A stretch of 64,000 nucleotides of DNA from Minisyncoccia bacterium (GTDB taxonomy: Bacteria; Patescibacteriota; Minisyncoccia; SW-4-49-11): contig JBIKVS010000003.1 of NCBI GenBank assembly GCA_044356725.1, positions 1 through 64,000 of the forward strand, given 5' to 3'. The notes beneath the pieces were generated by a model. The model saw only the letters and a program-made list of their open reading frames with translations. It was not told the origin of the DNA and did not search any database. Below are positions 10,365 to 20,784 of the stretch, piece by piece. Both the position numbers and the translations under genes were made by a program. Positions within the stretch are counted from its first letter, which is position 1, and every line of letters begins with the position of its first letter.

Positions 10365-12680
10365 CTAAAAAGCTACCTTGAAGACGTCATCAAAGTTTTC
10401 AGCTAGAACAAAGTTAATATCCTGTTTTACATTGGATGGGATTTCGTCCAAATCAGATTTATTTGCCTTTGGAATGATAATAGTTTTAATACCAGCTCTA
10501 TGAGCTCCCAAAACTTTATTTTTAATTCCACCAATTTTAAGAGCTTTTCCTCTAATATTAATCTCTCCAGTCATTGCTACAGTTCTCTTAACCTTTTTCT
10601 TAGTTAAGGCTGAGAGAATAGAGGTGGCTATGGCAAGCCCAGCTGATGGACCATCCTTTTGTACTGCTCCGGAAGGAAGATGAACATGCACAGTGTGAGA
10701 TTTTAGAATTTTCTCATCAATATTATATTTCTTAGTATTGGCTTTGAGATATGAGAAAGCTGCTTGAACAGACTCCTGCATAACCTTAGTAGCATTACCG
10801 GTTACTTGCAAATTTTCTTCCCCTTTAAATAGATTAGTTTCTATAAATAGAATATCTCCCCCATAAGGATGCCATCCTAGACCAGTTGAAACACCAACTT
10901 CATCTTTTTGATTAATTCTACTTTCCTCATATTTCTCACCCTTGAGATATGTCTCAAGATTTTCAGGCTTTATAGTCAGATTAAACTTTTTATCTCCTTG
11001 TAATAGATACTCTTTGGCAACTTTACGAGCAATTTTATATAATTCTCGCTCAAAACTTCTAAGTCCCGCTTCAAAAGTATATTTAGTAATAATAGTCATT
11101 ATAGCAGAATCTGTGAATTTGAGATTTTTTTCCGTAATTCCACTTTTTTTCAAGACTCTAGGAATAAGATATTTTTTAGCAATATTAAGTTTTTCTAAAT
11201 CAGTATAACCACTAAATTCTATTATTTCCATTCGGTCAAATAGTGGTTCTGGTATTGAACCTAAATCATTAGCTGTTGTGATGAAAATAATATCTGACAA
11301 GTCATATTCGGTGTCTAAATAATGGTCAACAAAAGCATTGTTTTGAGCTGGATCTAATACTTCTAATAATGCAGCTGATGGATCTCCTCTAAAGTCTGAT
11401 CCTAATTTATCTATCTCATCCAACATAAAGACTGGATTAGTAGTTTGTATATTACGAAGACCCTGTATAATTCTACCTGGCATAGCCCCAACATAGGTAC
11501 GACGATGTCCTCTAATCTCAGTTTCATCTCTGACTCCTCCCAGAGAAACTTTCACAAATTCTCTACCTGTGGCTTTTGCTATTGACTCTCCGATTGAAGT
11601 TTTACCTGTCCCTGGAGGTCCATAAAAACACAAAATGGTACCTTGTGGTTTTTTGGTTAATTGCTCTACAGCTAAATACTCTGTAATTCTCTCCTTAGCT
11701 TCATCTAAACCATAATGCTCTTGCTCCAAAATTGCCTCAGCTTCTATAATATTTCTCTTAACTCTAGCTTTTTTATGCCAAGGAATACTTACTAATACTT
11801 CTAGGTAATTCTGTATATATGAGCTTTCTGGTGAAAATGGAGGCATTTTTTCTAAACGAGATAGCTCATGCATAGCTTTTTTAGAGACTTTAGCAGGCAT
11901 TTTAGCTAATTTAATTTTTTTCTTTAATTCAGCATATTCTCCTTGGTCTGGACTAACTCCTAGCTCTTTTTCAATAGCTTTCATTTGCTCTCTTAACATT
12001 GCTTCTTTAGCAAATCTACCAACTTGTTTTTGAGTCTCTTTCTGTACCTTCTGACCAACCTCTAATATTTCTCTTTCCTTGGTGATATAAATATTAATAT
12101 GCTTTAATCTTTCTACTAAATTAATATTCTCTAATAAATCTTGTTTCTCTGAATTTTTGATAGATAAAATAGAAGTAATCAAGTAGGATAAAGTCACCGG
12201 ATCAATATTATCATTAATAATTTCATTCATAACTGAGAGTGGTATTGATACCCCCATATTAACAATGTCTCTAAAGATATTAGTAATATTTCTAACTAAA
12301 GCCTCTACTTCTACATTAGATTCATATTGATTCTGTTTTAATACACTATAATGAGCTTTAAAACCTAAATCTGTATCATCAATTTGATGAATTAAGACAG
12401 GCTCCAAACCTTCCACCAATACTCCGGTAGGACCTTCAGGCATTCTCCAAACGCGAATAATTTTCCCAACTGTACCAACTCTATATAAATTTTTAGGAGT
12501 AATATTATGATCATCAGTTCTTTGGAATACAAATACTGGATTAATATCATTATCCATTGCATCATTTAATGCCAAAAGAGATTGTTCTCTCTCAAAAATC
12601 AAAGATACTACCTCATTTGGAAATAAGACTTTATTCTTTAATGCAATGAGAGGGACTACTTTTACTAATGTATCTTTCAT
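10365..12680 (-). CDS. lon: ATP-dependent protease La
   Basis: GPPGTGKTS, RGHRRTYVGAMPG, LDEIDK, KDGPSAG, MTGEI. Confidence 0.97.
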   Translation of the reverse strand: MKDTLVKVVPLIALKNKVLFPNEVVSLIFEREQSLLALNDAMDNDINPVFVFQRTDDHNITPKNLYRVGTVGKIIRVWRMPEGPTGVLVEGLEPVLIHQIDDTDLGFKAHYSVLKQNQYESNVEVEALVRNITNIFRDIVNMGVSIPLSVMNEIINDNIDPVTLSYLITSILSIKNSEKQDLLENINLVERLKHINIYITKEREILEVGQKVQKETQKQVGRFAKEAMLREQMKAIEKELGVSPDQGEYAELKKKIKLAKMPAKVSKKAMHELSRLEKMPPFSPESSYIQNYLEVLVSIPWHKKARVKRNIIEAEAILEQEHYGLDEAKERITEYLAVEQLTKKPQGTILCFYGPPGTGKTSIGESIAKATGREFVKVSLGGVRDETEIRGHRRTYVGAMPGRIIQGLRNIQTTNPVFMLDEIDKLGSDFRGDPSAALLEVLDPAQNNAFVDHYLDTEYDLSDIIFITTANDLGSIPEPLFDRMEIIEFSGYTDLEKLNIAKKYLIPRVLKKSGITEKNLKFTDSAIMTIITKYTFEAGLRSFERELYKIARKVAKEYLLQGDKKFNLTIKPENLETYLKGEKYEESRINQKDEVGVSTGLGWHPYGGDILFIETNLFKGEENLQVTGNATKVMQESVQAAFSYLKANTKKYNIDEKILKSHTVHVHLPSGAVQKDGPSAGLAIATSILSALTKKKVKRTVAMTGEINIRGKALKIGGIKNKVLGAHRAGIKTIIIPKANKSDLDEIPSNVKQDINFVLAENFDDVFKVAF

Positions 12681-12689
12681 ATAATCAAT

Positions 12690-13043
12690 TTAGGAATTAA
12701 CTTTAAAATAAATGGCATAATCTTGGTCTACAAACTCACAAAACTCTGTAATATATTTATGTACTAATTCGTAATAATCACTAATTTCTAACTTTTCTTT
12801 AGCTACAACATACAGCATTTCAGGAGAATCAAAATATTTATTGATAACTATAGGATTATGTAATATAGAAAATATTTTTTCTTTATCTATAGCCTCTAAC
12901 TCAAATTCACTATCAGATTCCCAATCAAATTCTTCATCTTGCCATATAGCTGGGTCTATATCAGTCAGTCTAGTATGAGACAAAAATACATCTGTCACTC
13001 CGTTCGAAGGGTCTTCTAGAATATGAAAACTCATTACTTTCAC
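12690..13043 (-). CDS. Acidic hypothetical protein
   Basis: 117-aa ORF, GTG start, own TATAAT at ~13073-13078. Confidence 0.6.
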   Translation of the reverse strand: MKVMSFHILEDPSNGVTDVFLSHTRLTDIDPAIWQDEEFDWESDSEFELEAIDKEKIFSILHNPIVINKYFDSPEMLYVVAKEKLEISDYYELVHKYITEFCEFVDQDYAIYFKVNS

Positions 13044-13112
13044 TATTGTACTCTTATACTCATATGGTATACATTATATCTTATATTAAAGGATAAGACA
13101 ATAGCTCTTCAA

Positions 13113-13922
13113 TTAATTTTGCTTTTGTAGCCTATGAGATATATCTTTCACCCTACGACTGGCCAAAGTGTCATTTGGCTTTAATTTTAATACATATTGA
13201 AAGGCTTCTAAAGCATCTTTATAGTTTCTAATATCGACATATAGATCACCTAGCTTTTTATATGCTTCTATATCTTTTGCATTAGCAACAATTCTATCAA
13301 TATATCTTTTTTCCATATATTCATAATAATATGTATCTGATATATCATCTGAGTTAACATCAGATATTGCATCTACTTCAGATAGTAATTGTTCTACAAA
13401 GTCAGTAGCTTTAGTCTCTGGATTTATAACTTCTTTTACATTTTCAGGTGTAGAATCGACTTTATTATCTGTAATATTAGCTCCACCAAGATTCTCTACT
13501 TCAAATTGAGAAGTATCTATTTCTGTTGCAATATTCTCCTTCTTTTGATTAGCTTCCAATTCCTGCTCTTCTAAATCTCTCTTAATAGCTTCTTGTATAG
13601 CCTTTTCTTTTGCCTTAATTTTTTCAATCTGCTTTTGTTTATACTGAATACCAATTTGATTTATTTTCTGCATTTGTAGATTAAAAAATTGATATATTTT
13701 ACCCATCAAAACAGCAAATTGAATTTTAGACTTAGATTCATAGCTATTATCATCTACCAACTGGTCAGCTTCTTGAGGAATAGAATTAAAGTCTGTAATA
13801 GCCCCCTCTGATTCATATATTTCGGTCTCTATATCTGAGACATTAGATAGTTTTTTAATTAAAAAAAACAATCCTACACTTAAGAACACTATTAAAATGA
13901 CAATAATTATAGCCGTTGTCAT
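13113..13922 (-). CDS. Membrane-anchored protein with C-terminal TPR
   Basis: N-terminal TM, coiled coil, AYKKLGDLY...ALEAFQYVLKLKP. Confidence 0.75.
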   Translation of the reverse strand: MTTAIIIVILIVFLSVGLFFLIKKLSNVSDIETEIYESEGAITDFNSIPQEADQLVDDNSYESKSKIQFAVLMGKIYQFFNLQMQKINQIGIQYKQKQIEKIKAKEKAIQEAIKRDLEEQELEANQKKENIATEIDTSQFEVENLGGANITDNKVDSTPENVKEVINPETKATDFVEQLLSEVDAISDVNSDDISDTYYYEYMEKRYIDRIVANAKDIEAYKKLGDLYVDIRNYKDALEAFQYVLKLKPNDTLASRRVKDISHRLQKQN

Positions 13923-13950
13923 AGCTTATTTAATTGAAATTAATTTAAAT

Positions 13951-14403
13951 TTACAAAGATATTTTCTTGAAAGACTTAATTTGAATATTTTCACCCAATA
14001 CTCCAATTTTGCTCTTTAATAATTCTGCAATTGTAAGATTAGAATCTTTAATATAGCTAGAATCTAATATATCCTGAATTGTTGCATCTTCTGCAATCAT
14101 AGCTGTAATATGCAATGCTATGTTTTGAGCTAATTCTCTAAAATCATCATTACGAGCAACAAAGTCAGTCTCACAAGCTAAGGCAACTAAAGCAGCTGTC
14201 TTTCCATTATGTACATAAGTACCAATAAATCCCTCACCTGTTTCTCTATCAGCTTTTTTCTCAGCTTTTTCAGCATATCTAGATTGTAATAATTCTTTCG
14301 CTGCTTCAAAGTCTCCAGATGATTCTTCCAAAGCTTTTTTGGCATCCATCATCCCAGCACCTGTTATTTGTCTTAACTTAGCAACGTCTTGAGCAGTAAT
14401 CAT
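13951..14403 (-). CDS. tsf: Elongation factor Ts (short form)
   Basis: LRQITGAGMMDAKKAL, CETDFVARN, GENIQI. Confidence 0.95.
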   Translation of the reverse strand: MITAQDVAKLRQITGAGMMDAKKALEESSGDFEAAKELLQSRYAEKAEKKADRETGEGFIGTYVHNGKTAALVALACETDFVARNDDFRELAQNIALHITAMIAEDATIQDILDSSYIKDSNLTIAELLKSKIGVLGENIQIKSFKKISL

Positions 14404-14408
14404 AATTG

Positions 14409-15146
14409 TTATTCTTTATTATTAGATTTATTGTCTGTAGCTAGAGCGACTCTTTTAGATTTTGCTTCTGTAATCGTTTGAGCTACTAGACCATAAATAT
14501 ATTGGATTGAACTAATAGCATCATCATTAGCAGGAATTACATAATTGACTAGTTCAGGATTAGCATTAGTATCGGCTAAAGCAATAACTGGAATATTCAA
14601 ATCTCTAGCTTCCTTGATAGCCAAAGAATCTTTCATTATATCTTGTACAAATACCGCTCCAGGCAATCCTCTTAAGTCTTTAACCCCTGCAAAAATCTTA
14701 TTCCCTTTTTCTACTTTGTCTGAGAAAACTTTTCTTTCTTTCTTAGTATAAGCTTTTAACTGATTAGCTTCTAACTTTTCTTCCAATACAACTAATTGTT
14801 TCACTCTCTTATTGATAGCTTTGAAATTGGTAAATATTCCCCCTACCCATCTTCTAACCATATATGGCATACCTGTTTCATCGGCAATACTTCTGACAAT
14901 AGGAATAGCCTGCTTTTTGGTAGATACAAATAAAATATCTTTTCCTGAAGCTACAGTTTCAGAAATAAAGTCAAGAGCAGTTTCTAACTTCTCTTTAGTA
15001 GTATTAAGATCTATGATATGGATAGAGTTTTTACTTCCATAAATATAGTCTTTCATTTTTGGATGCCATTTGGATGTATGATGTCCAAAATGTACACCTG
15101 CTTTTGCCATATCTTCAAGAGAAATTGTGGGGCGTGTATTTACCAT
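14409..15146 (-). CDS. rpsB: 30S ribosomal protein S2
   Basis: AGVHFGH, WHPKM, RWVGGIFTN, DTNANP, IPANDDA. Confidence 0.97.
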   Translation of the reverse strand: MVNTRPTISLEDMAKAGVHFGHHTSKWHPKMKDYIYGSKNSIHIIDLNTTKEKLETALDFISETVASGKDILFVSTKKQAIPIVRSIADETGMPYMVRRWVGGIFTNFKAINKRVKQLVVLEEKLEANQLKAYTKKERKVFSDKVEKGNKIFAGVKDLRGLPGAVFVQDIMKDSLAIKEARDLNIPVIALADTNANPELVNYVIPANDDAISSIQYIYGLVAQTITEAKSKRVALATDNKSNNKE

Positions 15147-15245
15147 AGCTATTGTTAATTATTACTAAGTATATAAATTAAGTATATTATATATTAATTA
15201 TACTACATTTTATAATATAAATCAAGTGTATGTGTAGGGTAAGAA

Positions 15246-15597
15246 AATTGTGGATTGGGAGTTGTAAATTATAAATTGTGAATGGTGAGTTATTAATTGG
15301 GAGTTGGGCATCTGTCTCCCTTCGGAGGGAGTACCCGTAGGGGGAGGGTGGATAATGCTTAAAATACTAAAATAAACTATTGTTTGTATTAATATTAAAA
15401 TCTATCCACCACCGGCACTTCGTGCCACCTCCTCCAAAGGGGGACAAAATAGGTACAGGCGACTGGAAGGTCGCCCCTACGAATACAAAACACAATGGAG
15501 GGATAAACGTTTACCTCCCGTAGGGATGTCTCCGCTACCAATATAATGTCGGTGGGGGCGCCAACTCTACGAAATTCATAATTTATCATTCATAATT
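15246..15597. repeat. Composite repeat island 1 (7-mer arrays, two hairpin-family copies, GTAG REP-like palindromes)
   Basis: Nine 7-mers 15246-15308; hairpin copies 15312-15353 (+) and 15404-15446 (-); GTAG REP 15453-15480 (-); inverted 7-mers 15577-15597. Confidence 0.85.
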
Positions 15598-15601
15598 AAA
15601 A

Positions 15602-16708
15602 TTATTTTCTATATTTACTAATATTAGCAATGATCCCAAATAGGCCAAGGAATACTATCATCGAGCTACCGCCAGCACTGACCAAAGGTAACGTCACACC
15701 TGTTACTGGAGCTAATTGAATTGTAGTAGCTATATTAAGAAAAGTTTGGAATGAAATCCATGTCGCACCACCAATAAGTATATATCGACTAAATTCATCA
15801 GCTACTTTAGTATGTAGCCATAGAATTCTCCAGATAATAAATAAAAATAATATAACCAAAATCAGAGCTCCTATAAATCCTGATTCTTCTGCAAAAACCG
15901 CAAAAATAGAATCTGTACTAGCTTCCGGTAAATAAAAGAATTTTTGCCTACTTTCTCCTAAGCCCACTCCTGTCAAACCACCTGAGCCTACTGCGATTAG
16001 ATTATTCTCAATTTGAATTTTATCATCAGGAGTGGCATTTTCTAGGTCAACAAAAGTAAAAAATCTAGCCTTACGAAAATCTGCCCCAGATATAGCTACT
16101 ATACCTACTATTAAAATTACAGTCATAAATATTGCTATAAATCTAAATTTTAATTTAGATTGAAATAAAATACTAGCTGAGATAACTAATAAAATAATTC
16201 CATTACTAAGACTAGTTTGCCCAAAAATAACTATACCCGCTCCTATACCAATTATAGAACTGGTTAATATCAAAGCTCCAATATTATTAATTTTTTTACC
16301 TAACTGAGTTAATAGTGCTGATAAACATAGTATAATAGCTAATTTTAATATTTCAGAGGGTTGAATTCTAAATCCAGCAATATCTAGCCATCTAGTAGCT
16401 CCTTTCACTGTCACTCCAGATCGTGACACTAAAACCATTATATTTAAACCCATTGTTATTATCCAACCGAATATAGCAAATTTTTTAAATAAATTAAATT
16501 TAAGATTAGCAAATATAAAAAATATCACAATTCCAGGTAATACTCCTTTTATTAATTGATTTACTAGCTCATAATACACATCATCATAAAAAGTATTAGA
16601 GATGGGTCCACTAGCTGATTGTAGAATAACTAATCCAACTAATAATAATAGTCCTGTTGACACTAATAATCCTGAATCTATACCTTTTAATTTTACTTGT
16701 TTGTTCAT
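15602..16708 (-). CDS. ftsW: SEDS peptidoglycan polymerase FtsW
   Basis: GATRWL, IQPSEILK, GSGGLTGVGLGESRQK, LPEASTDSIF, TGVTLPLVSAGGSS; after murD. Confidence 0.9.
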   Translation of the reverse strand: MNKQVKLKGIDSGLLVSTGLLLLVGLVILQSASGPISNTFYDDVYYELVNQLIKGVLPGIVIFFIFANLKFNLFKKFAIFGWIITMGLNIMVLVSRSGVTVKGATRWLDIAGFRIQPSEILKLAIILCLSALLTQLGKKINNIGALILTSSIIGIGAGIVIFGQTSLSNGIILLVISASILFQSKLKFRFIAIFMTVILIVGIVAISGADFRKARFFTFVDLENATPDDKIQIENNLIAVGSGGLTGVGLGESRQKFFYLPEASTDSIFAVFAEESGFIGALILVILFLFIIWRILWLHTKVADEFSRYILIGGATWISFQTFLNIATTIQLAPVTGVTLPLVSAGGSSMIVFLGLFGIIANISKYRK

Positions 16709-16714
16709 TGTATA

Positions 16715-18103
16715 TTATTTATCTTGTTTAGCTTGAATAAGAGATATAAATTTATCTCCTCTATCAAATTCATTCAAAAACATTCCAAAACTGGTAGCTC
16801 CTGGAGAAAATATGATTCTTTCTCCAGTTTCGGCTAATTTAAATCCGATATTAACTGCTTCAGATAAATCTGATACTTCATATATCTTAATATTTGAAAT
16901 ATATTTTTTTATAAGAGTGCTGGCTGAACCAGGTATAAGTATAATGGCCTTTAAACTTTTATATGTATGTCTTGCTAAATCTGAATAATCCAAACCTTTA
17001 TCTTCACCACCACAAATCAAAACATAAGGCTTATCCTGAAAAGTATCCATCGCTACCATCAAAGCTACTGGCATTGTACTGGTGGTGTCATTAATAATTT
17101 CTATTCCATTAATCATTCCTAATGACTGTTGCCTACCTTCAATACCAGTAAAAGACTTTAAAGATTGAATTAGACTATTCATATCTACACCAGTAATATT
17201 AGCAACTCCTATTGCTGCCATTATATTATATTGATTATGCTCACCAAAAAGTTTTATGTCTTTTATATTTATAATTTTATCATTTTTATAAACAATATAA
17301 TTATCCTCATCTATATGAAGAGTGGCATTTTTGTATTTTCGAGAATAAGTTATGAGCTGAGATTTGATTTGATTTGATAAATTAGCAATTCTCTCATTAT
17401 CTATATTCATAACAGCAAAGTCATTTGCATTTTGAAAGGCAATAATATTTGTCTTAGACTCAAAATATTCATCAATAGAGTTATATCTATCTAAATGATC
17501 TGCAAAAAACGATGTAAAGACTCCAATATGCGGAGAATATCTAATACTATCTAATTGAAAACTAGATAGTTCTAATACGATATAGCTATCTGTTTGTATT
17601 TCTGATAAAAGATTAAGTATGGATTTTCTGATATTTCCTCCAAGAAACACCTTCTCTGGACCGTAAAAACAACTCAATATATGATGAATTAAAGCTGTTG
17701 TAGTAGATTTACCTCTAGTTCCTGTAATTCCTATGACTGTGGGAGGTAATTCCAAAGAATTAATATGCTCAAAAAACAACTCAACATCAGTGGTTATTGA
17801 TACTCCAGCCTGACGAGCCACTGCAAGATAAGGAGAATCGTTTGGGACACCGGGATTTTTTATAATTATATCAACTTTAGTATACGGTTCAATATGTTGC
17901 TCTCCTAAAATATATTTAATAGAGATATTATTCTTAGGTAATAAATTAATCTTATTAATCGTAGGTTTTAGGATATCAGCACTTTTAAAGTCTGTAATTA
18001 CTAATTCGGCAATACGATGAGATAAAACATATTTTACAGAGCCAAAACCTCCGTCATTAAGCCCCAATCCCATCACCATTACTTTTTTTCCTTCTAAATT
18101 CAT
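16715..18103 (-). CDS. murD: UDP-MurNAc-L-Ala D-glutamate ligase
   Basis: GITGTRGKSTT, LELSSFQL, DHLDRY, GGEDKG, FSPGATSF, FDRGDKF. Confidence 0.95.
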   Translation of the reverse strand: MNLEGKKVMVMGLGLNDGGFGSVKYVLSHRIAELVITDFKSADILKPTINKINLLPKNNISIKYILGEQHIEPYTKVDIIIKNPGVPNDSPYLAVARQAGVSITTDVELFFEHINSLELPPTVIGITGTRGKSTTTALIHHILSCFYGPEKVFLGGNIRKSILNLLSEIQTDSYIVLELSSFQLDSIRYSPHIGVFTSFFADHLDRYNSIDEYFESKTNIIAFQNANDFAVMNIDNERIANLSNQIKSQLITYSRKYKNATLHIDEDNYIVYKNDKIINIKDIKLFGEHNQYNIMAAIGVANITGVDMNSLIQSLKSFTGIEGRQQSLGMINGIEIINDTTSTMPVALMVAMDTFQDKPYVLICGGEDKGLDYSDLARHTYKSLKAIILIPGSASTLIKKYISNIKIYEVSDLSEAVNIGFKLAETGERIIFSPGATSFGMFLNEFDRGDKFISLIQAKQDK

Positions 18104-18107
18104 ATAT

Positions 18108-19676
18108 TTATGCTTTAATAATTTTACCTCCTAAGTTAATAACTTCTCCTTCTTTTAATGCAATTTCTCCATTAATTATAACTGTCTCAATCCCTGTAGA
18201 ATATTGTATAGGTTGTTTGAAATTAGCACAAGACACCAAATTAGATGGATTTATAATTACAATATCTGCAATCATATTCTCTCTAATCATTCCTATATCT
18301 CCTAATCCAAAGGTTGTTGCTGGCAAAGAAGTTATTTTAGAGATAGCTTTTTCCCATTCTAATTGACCTGTTAACACAATGTCCTGCAAAAATTTAGTAA
18401 AAGCTCCAAAGGAACGAGGATGTTCATAATTTTTATATTTAATTAAATTATCATCATATCCTGCAGCATCCGAACCAACCATACTATTGTTAAAATTAAT
18501 TAATTCTTGCATATGTCTATCTGAAATAGAATCTACTATGACTCTAGCTCTACCTTCGGAAGCAATGACCAATTGTATAACTGCATCTTCCACACCTAAA
18601 CTTTGATTTTTAGCTATCTCCACTATACTTTTACCGATAATAGATTTATTCATTGGACTATCTGAGATAATAATACGATTATAATCATAAGAATTGGATT
18701 TCATTTCCTGAATTATTCTAGATCTAATATCAGTATCTTGCAAATTTTCCAATAATACTTTACGTCCACCTACCGCAACCCAACTTGGCAATAATAAATA
18801 TGCTACAGTATTATTAGCAGTATATGGGAAAACATCAAAAGTCAAAGGTAGATTATCTACAACAGCCTTACTTAATATTTCATTAATTTCTTTAGCATAT
18901 TTCCAATTTTTTCTACCTAGAATTTTAAGATGATTGATATGAGTTTTTACCTTTGTATTAGATACTATGTCAATAATTTCTTGAATTGACTGTACTACTC
19001 CTTCCCCATCATTACGACTATGAACTGTTAAAATTTTATTATGCTTTTTGATAATATTAGCTAATTGCAATAATTCTTTCTTGTCAACCGCTTGCATATG
19101 AGAAAAAGCTAACCCTAAAGAGACTCCAATAGCACCCTCTTCTAAAGATTGATTAATCAATTTAGCCATAACTTGCAACTCAGCATCTGTCAAAGCCCTA
19201 TTATCATCTCCAATTAAACCTCTTCTGACTGTATCATATCCAATTAAACTAGCAAAATTTGGAGCAAAAGATTTATTCTCTAGTACCGTTAAATATTCCT
19301 TAAAGGTATGCCAATCTATATTAATATTAGACATATCAGTCCATTTTTGAATTGAAGCGATGGCTGAATTACTAATCAAAGGTGCAAGGGATGCCCCACA
19401 ATTACCCCCAACCAAAGTTGTAACTCCTTGTGTAATTAAACTTTTTTGTGTAGGAGCTGAAAATAGAGTCAGATAAGTATCTGAATGATTACTAATGTCA
19501 ATAAATCCAGGGGTTATAATTTTATCACTAGCTTCAATTTCAATATTGGCTCTATATCCATTATCTTTAGAAGTGACTTTAGTAATTTTCCCATTTTTGA
19601 TAACAATATTACCTTTATAAGGTTTATTACCTGTCCCATCTACTATGAGTCCATTTTTTATAATAATATCATACAT
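18108..19676 (-). CDS. N-acyl-D-amino-acid deacylase family amidohydrolase
   Basis: IVDGTG, PGFIDISNHSD, QGVTT..GGNCG, GSD, HPRSFGAF, ADIVI. Confidence 0.88.
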   Translation of the reverse strand: MYDIIIKNGLIVDGTGNKPYKGNIVIKNGKITKVTSKDNGYRANIEIEASDKIITPGFIDISNHSDTYLTLFSAPTQKSLITQGVTTLVGGNCGASLAPLISNSAIASIQKWTDMSNINIDWHTFKEYLTVLENKSFAPNFASLIGYDTVRRGLIGDDNRALTDAELQVMAKLINQSLEEGAIGVSLGLAFSHMQAVDKKELLQLANIIKKHNKILTVHSRNDGEGVVQSIQEIIDIVSNTKVKTHINHLKILGRKNWKYAKEINEILSKAVVDNLPLTFDVFPYTANNTVAYLLLPSWVAVGGRKVLLENLQDTDIRSRIIQEMKSNSYDYNRIIISDSPMNKSIIGKSIVEIAKNQSLGVEDAVIQLVIASEGRARVIVDSISDRHMQELINFNNSMVGSDAAGYDDNLIKYKNYEHPRSFGAFTKFLQDIVLTGQLEWEKAISKITSLPATTFGLGDIGMIRENMIADIVIINPSNLVSCANFKQPIQYSTGIETVIINGEIALKEGEVINLGGKIIKA

Positions 19677-19678
19677 AA

Positions 19679-20719
19679 TTATAAGCCTAATAAACCAATA
19701 GTAAGTCCAATCACACTCATCACTAGAGATATAATCCAGAATCGCATTACAATTTTAGTCTCTGGCCAACCAAGAGCTTGAAAGTTATGATGAATAGGAG
19801 CTGCTAAAAATACTTTCTTTTTGAAAAACTTTTTAGATATAAGTTGAATAATAGAAGACAACCCCTCTACAAAGAATAAAAACCCAATAATAGGTAAAAT
19901 TACTAAAGAATTAGTCAACATTGCTCCAACTGCCAAAACCGCTCCCAAAGCAAATGCCCCCGTACCCCCCATAAAGAATCTAGCTGGATGGATATTAAAC
20001 CATAGAAAAGCCATTAAAGCCCCAATTAAAGTACTCATAAATATAGCTAAAGATATATTACCCTGTACTAAAGCTAAAGCTGATAAAACTCCCAATGGAG
20101 GTATAATAGACCCAGCTAAAAGACCGTCAAGTCCATCAGTAATATCCACAGCATTCATAATAAATATTACTAATATCATAAAGACCGGAATATACCAATA
20201 TCCCAATTCTATATCTGTTGGCAATCCCCAAATAGCTCCCCCAGGAATATGAAAGGAAGTCCAGTCTAGTTTGAAAGTAAACCAATAAGCCCCAAATCCT
20301 GCTATTAATAACTGCAAAAACAGCTTAAGCTTCGCCCCTAAACCTTTAATCTTACCTATACCACGAATATTAGCAATATCATCAATAGCTCCCAGCAATC
20401 CAGCTGCTACCAAAAAAGTTAATGGGAGAAAAGTTTCCTCACGAGTCAAATTAAAAGCTAATGTAAGAACTGCCGTAATAATCCAAAACAATATACCAGC
20501 CATAGTAGGAGTACCTTGTTTATGCTGATGAAATTTACTAAAAATAGGAACAGCTTTATTATCCCATGTCTCTTCTCGAATATTTTTACCTAATTTTGTA
20601 CGAAATAAGAAATCTGTCAAAAATGGAGTAAATACAATCCCTAAAATAAAAGCTAAAACCGCAAATCCAAATATTTGGATCACCGCTACAACAGTATTAA
20701 TATCTTGAATATAATTCAT
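19679..20719 (-). CDS. mraY: Phospho-MurNAc-pentapeptide transferase
   Basis: KQGTPTMAG, GAIDD, TDGLDGL, PARFFMG, APIHH...GWPETKIVMRFW. Confidence 0.95.
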   Translation of the reverse strand: MNYIQDINTVVAVIQIFGFAVLAFILGIVFTPFLTDFLFRTKLGKNIREETWDNKAVPIFSKFHQHKQGTPTMAGILFWIITAVLTLAFNLTREETFLPLTFLVAAGLLGAIDDIANIRGIGKIKGLGAKLKLFLQLLIAGFGAYWFTFKLDWTSFHIPGGAIWGLPTDIELGYWYIPVFMILVIFIMNAVDITDGLDGLLAGSIIPPLGVLSALALVQGNISLAIFMSTLIGALMAFLWFNIHPARFFMGGTGAFALGAVLAVGAMLTNSLVILPIIGFLFFVEGLSSIIQLISKKFFKKKVFLAAPIHHNFQALGWPETKIVMRFWIISLVMSVIGLTIGLLGL

Positions 20720-20784
20720 ATCTATTTATATTAGGTATTGAGTATATTATATCAAATATAAAGTTTAAATACAATAATAGATTC

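Noticed and set aside
15395-15589. 64-aa ORF (also 29319-29510, 29373-29573, 53955-54239)
   Set aside because: These read through GC-rich repeat islands or antisense to a real gene, with no protein motifs.
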